Shown piece by piece: positions 52,937 to 61,447 of a stretch of 64,000 nucleotides of DNA (position 1 is its first letter; every line of letters starts with the position of its first letter). Origin of the DNA: an uncultured Chloroflexia bacterium (GTDB lineage: Bacteria > Chloroflexota > Limnocylindria > Limnocylindrales > CSP1-4). The notes under the pieces are model-generated. The model searched no databases and was not told the DNA's origin. It worked only from the letters and a program-made list of their open reading frames with translations. The position numbers were made by a program, and so were the translations under genes. The stretch covers positions 287,906-351,905 of the forward strand of contig CAVQQU010000006.1 of the NCBI GenBank assembly GCA_963715085.1, in the 5' to 3' direction.

Positions 52937-54248
52937 ATGCCCCGAGCCACCACGATCGATCTCGCCCCGCCCATCGAGAAGGTGTTCCTCGTCGCCGTCG
53001 ACACCGGCGACGACCCCGGCTGGCACGCCGAGGACAGCCTTGCCGAGCTGGCCTCCCTCGCCGAGACCGCCGGCGCCGAGGTGGTGGGCGCCGAGTGGCA
53101 GAACCGGCGCCACGTCGACCCCAACTGGTACGTGGGGAAGGGCAAGGCAGAGGAGCTGCTCGCGGCGAAGGCGGAGACCGGCTTCAGCGTCCTCGTCGCC
53201 GACGACGAGCTGTCGCCCGGCCAGCAGCGCGCCCTCGAGGAGCTCCTCGAAGGTCAAGGTCATCGACCGGAGCCGCCTGATCCTCGACATCTTCGCCCAG
53301 CACGCCCGGACCCACGAGGGGCGCCTCCAGGTGGAGCTGGCCCAGCTCGAGTACCAGCTGCCGCGGCTCACCCGCATGTGGACCCACCTGTCGCGGACGG
53401 GCGGCGGGATCGGAACGCGCGGCCCCGGCGAGACGCAGCTGGAGACCGACCGGCGGATCATCCGCGAGCGGATCAAGAAGATGAAGGAGCGGGTCGAGGA
53501 CGTCCGCCAGCAGCGGGCGACGGCCGCCCGGGGCCGCGACCGGAGACTCGTCCCCACCGTCTCGATCGTGGGCTACACGAACGCCGGCAAGTCGACGCTG
53601 CTCAACGCCCTCGTGGGCAGCGAGGTGACCCTGGCCGAGGACAAGCTCTTCGCCACGCTCGACCCGACCAGTCGCCAGGTCAAGCTCGGCGATGGGCAGA
53701 CGGCGATCATCACCGACACGGTCGGCTTCATCCACAAGCTGCCGCACCAGCTCGTCGACGCCTTCCGGGCCACGCTCGAGGAGGTGACCCGGGCCGACGT
53801 CCTCATCGAGATCGTCGACGCCTCCGACGGCCACTTCGCCGAGCACCGGGCCACCGTCCAGACGGTCCTCGACGAGCTCGGGGCAGGGGAGAAGCCGCGC
53901 CTCGTGGCCTTCAACAAGGCCGACCTGCTGGGGGCGACCGGCGGGCCGGCCGATGCCCCGATCGTCGCGGGCAGCGTCCTCATCTCGGCACGCACCGGCT
54001 TCGGCCTCGACGCCCTCCGGGTCGAGCTGGCCGCGGTCCTCGCGTCGCTGGGGGTCGACGTCGACGTTGCGGTGCCCTATGCCGCCGGCGAGCTCCTCGC
54101 GCGCGTCCGGGAGCGTGGCGCGATCGAGCTCGAGTACCGGGATCGCGACGTGCGGGTGCGCGGCCGGGTCGCGCCCGCCCTGGCCGGCGAGCTGACGCCG
54201 CCGCCGCCCGCTGGGCCGGAGACGCTCCGGGAGGCACCGGCGCCGTGA
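52937..54248 (+). CDS. hflX: GTPase HflX; 1 frame change near 53255
   Basis: EKVFLVAV...ELASLAETAGAEVVG...YVGKGKAEEL, then VIDRSRLILDIFAQHARTHEGRLQVELAQLEYQLPRL...GPGETQLETDRR...VSIVGYTNAGKSTLLNAL...DTVGFI..LPHQLVDAF..TLEE. ATG 52937 follows TATGCT-N7. The ORF-track start is 52925. Confidence 0.9.
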
Positions 54249-54914
54249 CCTGCCGGCCGGAGGCGCTCGACCTGCGCCTGCCGGGCCCCTTCCGGCCGCT
54301 GGCCGTCCCGCGCCGCGTCGTCGTCGTGAAGCGCAAGCACGGCGAGCGTCGAGACCGCTGGCAGTGGGACGGCGACCTCGTCGGCACCGCCGGTCGCGGC
54401 TGGCGCGTCGTGCGCCACGTGCGAGGGCGCGACGAGCGGACGCCTCCTCGCCCCCGGCGGCGCCGAGCAGCCGGCGAGCGTGACCCTGCGCTGGCTCGGC
54501 ACCCGCGCCCCGGCGACGATCCTGGTGAAGCTGGACGAGGCCGGCGGCTGCTCGAGGTGAAGGTGGATGCCGCACTCCCGGTGCACCTTCGCGGGGCGGC
54601 CGTCTCGTCTTCGTCGACCTCGACGTCGACGTGGTGCGCGATGCCGCGGGACGGTCGTGACCGTCCGCGACTGGGACATCTTCGAGAGCCGCGTCGAGCT
54701 CCTGGGCTACACCGACGCCTCGCGGGCGGTCGCCAGGGCAGGGGAGACCTTCGGGCTGGCACTCCTGGCCGCCTGGGAGCCCACGCTCGACGCGGACGTG
54801 GCGGCGATCCTCGCGGCGACCGGCACCGCGGCGGACCACGTCAAGCGCCGAGGCTACGTCGACAGGGACCTGGCGTCCGCCTGGAGTAGCAGCCGCCGAC
54901 CGCGCCACGGTTGA
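54245..54914 (+). CDS. DUF402-family protein (FomD/NTPase-like); about 3 frame changes
   Basis: VVVVKRKHGERRDRWQWDGDLV, then read across frames VFVDLDVDVVRDAAGRSVTVRDWDIFESRVELLGYTDA...LLAAWEP. GTG overlaps the hflX stop (GTGA). Confidence 0.45.
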
Positions 54915-54949
54915 CCAGGACTGCTATCATCGCTATCAGAGGTGACGAC

Positions 54950-55180
54950 GTGAGTCAGTTGATCGTCCGCAATGTGGGGCAGGAGATCGTGGGCGCGCTC
55001 AAGCGGCGCGCGGTCCGGCACGGCCGCTCCGCTGAAGCCGAGCACCGCGAGATCCTGCGCGCCGCCCTCACCGAGGAGTTGGAGCGCGGATCGTTCAAGG
55101 CGGCGCTCGCCTCGATGCCCGACGTTGGCGCCGACGAGGACTTCGAGTTCGAGCGCGACATGCCTCGGGCATCCATGTGA
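54950..55180 (+). CDS. vapB: ribbon-helix-helix antitoxin (FitA/Arc-type VapB), intact
   Basis: VSQLIVRNVGQEIVGALKRRAVRHGRSAEAEHREILRAAL (typical FitA/StbC N-terminus). GAGGTGA lies upstream of GTG 54950. The direct repeat GCTATCA x2 lies at 54923-54938. The stop overlaps the toxin start. Confidence 0.8.
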   Translation: MSQLIVRNVGQEIVGALKRRAVRHGRSAEAEHREILRAALTEELERGSFKAALASMPDVGADEDFEFERDMPRASM

Positions 55181-55593
55181 GCTGGCTGGTCGACACCAAC
55201 GTCCTCTCGGAGCTCCGCAAGGGTGTCCGGGCGCACGCTGGGATCCAGGCCTGGTTCGCCGAAGCGCGGGAGGCCGAGCTGTTCACCAGCGTCCTGGTGC
55301 TCGGCGAGATCCGGCGGGGAATTGCGTCGATCCGCCGCCGCGATGCGCCGTCAGGCCTCGCGCTCGAACAATGGCTGGACCGGCTGGCGAGCGACTTCGC
55401 CGAGCGGGCGCTGCCCGTTGACGCACGCGTGGCCGACCGGTGGGGCAGCCTGAACGTCCCGGATCCGATCCCGACCGTGGACGGCCTGCTGGCGGCCACC
55501 GCCCTCGAGCACGACCTCGTTCTCGTCACGCGAAACGTCCGCGATGTCGAGCGCACGGGCGTCCGGGTCCTCGATCCGACTGCGACTCGCTGA
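55177..55593 (+). CDS. vapC: PIN-domain ribonuclease toxin (VapC/FitB-type), intact
   Basis: 138-aa ORF: WLVDTNVLSELRK...LFTSVLVLGEI..G...LPVD...A..W.......P...VDGLLAATALEHDLVLVTRNVRD. The acidic PIN residues are in place. Confidence 0.85.
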   Translation: MSWLVDTNVLSELRKGVRAHAGIQAWFAEAREAELFTSVLVLGEIRRGIASIRRRDAPSGLALEQWLDRLASDFAERALPVDARVADRWGSLNVPDPIPTVDGLLAATALEHDLVLVTRNVRDVERTGVRVLDPTATR

Positions 55594-55642
55594 CGGCGTC
55601 GCTACGCAGGCTGCGACCCCACCTCGTGCGTCCCACGCTACT

Positions 55643-55966
55643 TCCGATAATACTAGTTATGTTTGTTGAGAGACGACTCTCCAATGCTGCCACGAGTGCG
55701 TCGACGGGTCCGCGCATCGCTGCATTCAGAACGGCCGCTCCCCTGCGTGCCGCGAGTCTTGGCTGGATCAGCTGGCGCGCGAGCTCCGGACGGCCCCGCT
55801 CACGCCCGCCATCGCTGCCGCTGCCGTGGCGCTTCCGCCGTCGTTCCCGCGTGACCCGGCGGACAGGCTGATCTTCGCGACCGCCCTCGAGCACGGCTGG
55901 CGCCTCATCACCAAGGACGACCGTCTGCTGGCCCACGATCCAGTGCGGGGCGTCGCGCTCTGGTAG
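55643..55966 (+). pseudogene. degraded orphan PIN-domain (VapC-like) gene
   Basis: The C-terminal half is clear in one frame: LARELRTAPLTPAIAAAAVALPPSFPRDPADRLIFATALEHGWRLITKDDRLLAHDPVRGVALW, ending at TAG 55964-55966. The N-terminal half (IIL..LLRDDS.LS, SAASLGWIS) is scattered over three frames. I see no start codon and no antitoxin. Confidence 0.6.
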
Positions 55967-55992
55967 CCGCTCGTCACCCGGGCGCCACCGCT

Positions 55993-56437
55993 TCATGTGC
56001 TCGGTAGCTGGCCCCGCGCGTTGGGCAGCGACAGGACATCGACGCTCACTGCCCACGCAGCGGCCGCCAGCGGAGCGTCGGACGTCGCGAGCGGCTCGCC
56101 CAGCGACATCGCGGTCGCGAGGGCGACGCAATCCGCCCTGGAGACGCGGCTCGTCCGCCGATCGTAGAAGCGGGCGTGGAGTCGGCCCGCCTCCACGCCG
56201 ATGTCGCGGTCGACCGGGATGGTCCCCAGGCCGCCGGCTTCGAGCAGCTCGAGCGCCGCTCGCACCTCGTCCGCGGCTGCCCGAACACCCGTGCCGTCAC
56301 GTCGACGTTCTCCGCGAGGTTGATTGCGGAGATCCATGAGCGGCGGGCAGGATCGGCGCAGCTCGGCCTCGACCGCTCCCGCGGCCGGCCCGTCCAGCAG
56401 GAGCGCGATCATCGCCTTGCGCATCGAAGACGGTCAG
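55993..56437 (-). CDS. vapC: PIN-domain toxin (VapC); about 2 frame changes; start position reads CTG
   Basis: ORF 55993..56424 gives AMIALLLDGPAAGAVEAEL and VRAALELLEAGGLGTIPVDRDIGVEAGRLHARFY...VSRADCVALATAMSLGEPLATSDAPL. Neighbouring frames give LTVFDA and ISAINLAENVDV. Confidence 0.7.
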
Positions 56438-56702
56438 CGGTCCGTCCCTCGGGGCCTCGGTCGTGCCGCCGCCTCTTCCTCGCGCGACCGTGCCCGAGCG
56501 GCGTCATCCGAGCTCCATCGTGGCCGGGCCGGAGCGCCGGGCGAGCGAGCCGCGTGCGGCGGCGATCGGATCGTCCGGGATGGGGCGGAGGACCAGCTCG
56601 CCCCCCCGGTCGTCGATGAGCAGCCGCTTCGTCCGCCATCGATGGCGCACCTCGGCCGGGATCGACACCTGCCCGCCCTTCGAGATGGTCGACGTGCTTC
56701 AT
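56434..56702 (-). CDS. vapB: AbrB/SpoVT-type antitoxin (VapB); about 2 frame changes
   Basis: MKHV (ATG 56702), then STISKGGQVSIPAEVRHRWRTKRLLIDDRGGELVLRPIPDDPIAAARGSL, then the tail DDAARARSREEEAAA, ending at 56434. The palindrome CATGC-GAGA-GCATG lies just upstream. Confidence 0.65.
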
Positions 56703-56906
56703 GAACGCCATGCTCTCGCATGAGAAGGGGGTGTCAAGCATGGATCTCGTGGCGTCACCATGATCTCGCCGGCCGGCTGACGCGGGTCGTCGCCGGCTAG
56801 GCTCCTCCGCCGCGTCGCCTCAGCCGTGCCCGACCAGCTACGATCCCGATCACCCACGCGGCCAGGGAGCCGCGCGTTCGACCCACATTCGAAGCAGGGG
56901 AGGTCC

Positions 56907-57748
56907 ATGGCTGGTGCCGACGGCGAGTTCGACCTGGAGCGGTACCTCCAGCGGATCGGGGTGCGCTCGACGCCTGAGCCGACACTCGCGTTCCTGACCG
57001 AGATGGCCCGAGCGCAGCTCACCGCCATCCCCTTCGAGAACCTCGACCCCCTGGCCGGGGTGCGCGTCTCGCTGGACCGCGAGTCCCTGTGGCGCAAGCT
57101 CGTCCTCGGCCGGCGCGGCGGCGACCGCTTCGAGCTCAACCTCCTCTTCGGGGGAGCCATGGGCGCGGTCGGCTTCGAGCCCAGGATGCTCCTCGCCCGG
57201 GTCATCATGGGGCGCCCGGAGCGCGGGCCGCGGGGCCACCTGCTCTACTCCGTGGACGTGGACGGCGGGACGTACATCGTCGACGTCGGCTTCGGCGGAC
57301 CGGGATTGTCGAGCCGATGCCTCTCCAGACCGGCGTTGTCTTCGAGCAGGAGGGCTCGAGCTTCCAGCTCGTCGAGTCCGACTGGGGCGCGTACGTCCTG
57401 CAGCTCATGACGGGCCGGGGCTGGTTCGATGTCCTGGGCTTCGACCTCACCTGGGTCAGCCCGATCGACGTGGAGATGGCCAACTACTTCTACTCGACCC
57501 ACCCTGGGGTCCCGTTCACCAACCAGCTGATGTGCATGCTCAAGACCCCCGGGGGGCTGACCGGGTTCCGGGAGGGGGCGCTGATGCGCTTCGGTCCGGA
57601 TCTCTCCATCAGGGAGCGGACCGAGCTTCGGGACCTCGAGCAGCTCCGCGCCATCCTCACCGGGGAGTTCGGCCTGCCCCTCGGGGACGACCTGCTGGAC
57701 AAGGTGTGGGCGAAGCTGTCGAAGTCCCGTCCCGGAAGCAGGGCCTGA
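56907..57748 (+). CDS. arylamine N-acetyltransferase family homologue lacking the catalytic Cys; 1 frame change near 57300
   Basis: DLERYLQRIGV...PTLAFLTEMARAQLTAIPFENLDPLAG, RRGGDRFELN (canonical RGGYCFE.N), and HLLYSVDVDGGTYIVDVGFGG. ORF 57089..57748 then gives VESDWGAYVLQ...W..LGFDLTWVSPIDVEMANYFYSTHP. AGGGGAGG lies upstream of ATG 56907. Confidence 0.8.
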
Positions 57749-57948
57749 CCGGCTGGATCCCGGTCCCGGCCCTCCCCGACCGGTGGGCGGCCCAGCGCAA
57801 CCGGCGCCGTGGCCTCGACCCGGACGGCAACCCGATCCCCGTCGACCAGCACCGCTGAGGATCATTGACGTCGCCCCGCCGCAGCCGGCCGTTCCCGTGC
57901 CTCCGCGCACCGCGCGGCTCGTCCCCCCCGGCGGCGCGGGCGGGTCGC

Positions 57949-57981
57949 TTGACAGCCGTCATACAACCGTATGGTTGTATG
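57949..57981 (+). promoter_or_regulatory. candidate promoter plus ArsR-type operator
   Basis: TTGACA lies at 57949-57954. A perfect inverted repeat, CATACAACC (57960-57968) - GTAT - GGTTGTATG (57973-57981), overlaps the -10 region 30 nt upstream of the arsR-family ATG. Confidence 0.5.
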
Positions 57982-58010
57982 TATGCAGATCGCCGCCCGA
58001 CTTCGACCGC

Positions 58011-58322
58011 ATGTTCGGCGCCCTCGCCGACGCCACCCGGCGCGACATCGTCCGCCGGGCGATCGACGGCGAGGAGGGCGTCGCCGAGCTGGCCAGCCAC
58101 TACCCGATGAGCTTCGCGGCGGTGCAGAAGCACGTCGCGATCCTCGAGCGGGCCGGCCTGGTCACGAAGGAGCGCATCGGGCGCCGCAAGGTCGTCCGCA
58201 CCAACCTCGAGGGGCTGCGCGTCGCGCGCGCGCCTGCTCGACCAGTACGAGGAGCTGTGGCGCGGGCGGATCGACCGCATGACCGACCTCGTCGCCGACA
58301 GCGAAGGAGGACCGACCGATGA
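58011..58322 (+). CDS. ArsR/SmtB-family transcriptional regulator; frame change near 58225, end ambiguous (58322 or 58365)
   Basis: MFGALADATRRDIVRRAIDGEEGVAELASHYPMSFAAVQKHVAILERAGLVTKERIGRRKVVRTNLEGL, then LLDQYEELWRGRIDRMTDLV in the next frame. Confidence 0.8.
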   Translation: MFGALADATRRDIVRRAIDGEEGVAELASHYPMSFAAVQKHVAILERAGLVTKERIGRRKVVRTNLEGLRVARAPARPVRGAVARADRPHDRPRRRQRRRTDR

Positions 58323-58827
58323 CCGTGACCGCCGTCCGCAAGGACCCGGAGGCCCTGACGCATGACCCTCGACGCCGAGTTCGACGCCTCGCCCGAGCGC
58401 GTCTGGCAGCTGTGGGCCGATCCGCGCCAGCTCGAGCGCTGGTGGGGCCCGCCGACCTACCCCGCCACGTTCACCGCGCACGACCTGCGGCCCGGCGGCC
58501 GCGTCGAGTACCACATGACCGGCCCGGAGGGCGACCAGCCGCGCGGCTACTGGGAGATCGTCGAGGTCGACCCGCCGCGCCGGCTCGTCTTCCGCGACGG
58601 CTTCGCCAACGACGACGGCACGCCGAACACGGACATGCCGCTGAACGAGGTCCGCGTGACGATCGAGCCGATCGGCGCCGGCCGGACGCGGATGTCGATC
58701 GAGAGCACCTTCCCCGAGCACCGAGGCGATGGAGCAGCTCCTGGCCATGGGCATGGAGGAGGGCCTGACGCAGGCCGTCGGCCAGATCGACGCGATCCTC
58801 GCGGAAGGAGCACGACGGCGACAGTGA
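58319..58827 (+). CDS. SRPBCC (AHSA1/START-like) domain protein; about 2 frame changes
   Basis: GAAGGAGGA lies upstream of ATG 58319. The sequence is MTVTAVRKDPEALT, then ORF 58362 (TLDAEFDASPERVWQLWADPRQLERWWGPPTYPATF...GGRVEYHMTGPEGDQPRGYWEIVEVDPPRRLVFRDGFA), then the tail EAMEQLLAMGMEEGLTQAVGQIDAIL. Confidence 0.75.
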
Positions 58828-59727
58828 GCTGCCCGCAGACCACGAGACCCACGACCACGACACGCGACCCCGACGACACCGCTGGGCGCGCCACGCTCAC
58901 CTACGACGTCCGGCGGCCGACGCCAGCACCGAGCCGCTCCTGATGCTCATCGGCTCACCGATGGGCGCTGCCGGCTTCGGCACCCTGGCCGGCCACTTCG
59001 CCGACCGCACGGTCGTCACCTACGACCCGCGCGGCGCGAGCGCAGCAAGGCCGACCGGCACCAGCCCGGTGCACGCCCGAGCTCCACGCCGACGACCTCC
59101 ATCGCGTCATCGAGGCGATCGGCGGCGGGCCCGGTCGACCTGTTCGCGAGCAGCGGCGGCGCCGTCAACGCGCTCGCGCTCGTGGCGACGCACCCCGGCG
59201 ACGTGCGGACGCTCGTCGCCCACGAGCCGCCGCTCGGCCGTCGCTCCTGCCCGATCGCGAGCGCGCGCTGGCGGCTGCCCGGGGCGGTCACGCGACACCT
59301 ACCAGCGCGCGGCTCGGGCCCGGCATGGCCCACTTCATCGCCGTCGTGAGCCACCACGGCCCGTTCACGGCCGCGGACGCTCGAGCCAGCCCGCGCCGGA
59401 TCCCGCGCATGTTCGGCATGCCGACCGAGGACGACGGCACGCGGACCGACCCGATGCTCGCCCAGAACATCGTCACCATGCACGCACTACGAGCCCGACT
59501 TCGACGCCCTCCGGGCGGCCGCCGACGCGGATCGTCGTCGCCGTCGGCGCGGAGTCGGAGGGCGAGCTGGCGAACCGCGGCGGCGATCGCCGTCGCCGAG
59601 CGCCTCGGCACCGAGCCGGTCACGCTTCCCGAGCGACCACGGTGGCTTCCTCGGCGGCGAGTACGGCCAGACCGGCGAGCCGGACGCGTTCGCCGCGAAG
59701 CTGCGCGACGTCCTCGCCGAGGCTTGA
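58824..59727 (+). CDS. alpha/beta-fold hydrolase; about 5 frame changes
   Basis: PLLMLIGSPMGAAGFGTLAGHFADRTVVTYDPRG, VDLFASSGGAVNALALVATHPGDVRTLVAHEPP (nucleophile-elbow-like S-x-G-G), RIVVAVGAESEG, AVAERLGTEPVTLP and GGEYGQTGEPDAFAAKLRDVLAEA. GTG overlaps the upstream stop. Confidence 0.65.
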
Positions 59728-59766
59728 GCGCGCTCTCGCGGATCCGGTGGATCGCCCCGGCGCCCG

Positions 59767-60100
59767 TCAGGGCCGGCGCACGTCGAACGACAGGGTCCAG
59801 GCCGCCTCAGCCTTCGAGGCCTTCATCTGGATCTCACCGTGGATCGCCGTCTCGTCGCCGACTGCGCTCCACGGGATCTTCGCCATCGTCTGGGGTTCGC
59901 TCGCCCGGATGTTGGCGCCGGTGTCCTCGCAACCACGGACCGTCGACGTCGTCTTGATCGTGGCCGTTCCCTCGAAGCTGGCGGTGCCCTTCGTCCCGGC
60001 CAGGACCTGTTTGCCCTTCATCGTGCCGACGAGCTTCGTCGTGGCAGAGCAGTCCCGCCCAGGACGGGGGCATCGGATCGGCAGGACCACCACCAAGGGC
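59767..60100 (-). CDS. hypothetical protein (possibly the continuation of the upstream lipoprotein); start uncertain
   Basis: The C-terminal 95 aa of ORF 59767..60168 look coding: DCSATTKLVGTMKGKQVLAGTKGTASFEGTATIKTTSTVRGCEDTGANIRASEPQTMAKIPWSAVGDETAIHGEIQMKASKAEAAWTLSFDV. I recognise no family. Confidence 0.4.
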
Positions 60101-60139
60101 CTGCCCGATGCCCGTCTGGACACCCCACAGGAACTCGGG

Positions 60140-61287
60140 CTAGAGAACGATCGTGAGCACGAACTCACCGGTGGCGCTGGCCGGGGCGGCTGCGGCCTTG
60201 TCCCCCTGCTCGATCGTCAGCGAGATGCGGTTCTCGGACACGAGCTTCTCGAACGCTTCAACCGCCTGAGGGTCGACGCCGGGCATGCTCGTGAGGTCGA
60301 GCTCGCCCTCCATCGAGTTGCAGGGGCGTGCCGTCACGGGTGACTCGCGGCCCGCTGCACGGGCCGTGACGTGCTCGTACAGGGCGCGGCCGAAGGTGAC
60401 GCCCTGGAGGTCGACGGCGTACTCGGTCACGTCCGAGAAGATGTCGCCGGAGACCCACGCCTCCTCGAGCCGCACGGTCGACTCTGGAGCGGGGGCCGCG
60501 AACGACGCACCGGCCACCCGCATTCTGGCCAGCAGGTCCATGTCGACGGAGTGTTCCGCGGCCAGCTTCGCCACGAGGTCCTTCTGGTGCGCGTAGACGA
60601 AGCTGTAGATCGCAGCGCCGAAGTAGTGGTACCGGGCGCCGTCCTCGTCGTCGCCGTCGCCACGAAGCAGAGCCAACGCATCCTGGAACTCGTTGCTCAT
60701 CTGCCAGCGCGATCACCACGAGGTCGTCCCCCACGTCGCCAACCAGGCTTCCGGGGAGGTTGACCTCGATCGGCACGTCGAACGCCAGTCCATCCGGTCC
60801 AAGCTCCAGCCCCGGTCCCACCAGCCGCGCCGCGCCGAGAGCCAGGAACGGCGTATAGACGGGATGGGCGGTGCCCGCTGGCAGGCTGGCCAGGAGCGAG
60901 TCGGCGAACCCGAAGAAGAAGGCCGGATCTGCCTCCGCCAGCGAGGCCACGTCCGGCGTCGCCTGACCGACCGAGATCGTCCAGCCCGGTCTCGTCTGCC
61001 AACGCGCCAGGCGGGATCACAATGCGGACGCCCGCAAGATCGCGATCGGTCGCGGGGACCTGGAACTGTGTGCCCTGGGGCGTCGTGGCGAACCGGTGGA
61101 TGGTCGGCGGGGTCGCTGTGGCGGTGGAGGCCGCACTCGGCTCCGTGGCCTGGGGCGCCGATCCGCTGGACTGGGGCGCCGGCGCGGGCGCGCTCTCGCA
61201 GCCCGCGAGCGCGAGCACGGCAACGAGGCCGGCCAGACGGGTGCCCGTGATCCGAGGGCCACTGGCCGGAGTCAGCGAACGTGGCAC
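60140..61287 (-). CDS. uncharacterised lipoprotein; about 2 frame changes
   Basis: Lipobox signal RLAGLVAVLALAGC follows GTG 61287 (ORF 60697..61815 frame). Then VRIVIPPGALADETG, ASLAEADPAFFFGFADSLLASLPAGTAHPVYTPFLALGAARLVGPGLELGPDGLAFDVPIEVNLPG (ORF 60258..60950), and ORF 60140..60700 (SNEFQDALALL...YHYFGAAIYSFVYAHQKDLV...). Confidence 0.55.
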
Positions 61288-61447
61288 GGCGCGATCTCCC
61301 CGGGGACGCGCGCGGGGTCCTGTCCATGGAGCGGCACCGGTGGGCCGGGCGCGACGCGGGCACCGTTGCTCGTTGCAGCATCGCCTCGGCCCTACCACGC
61401 GCGTCCAGAGGCATTCGGCGCGAAACGGCCTCCTGTTTGTCCGCCGA

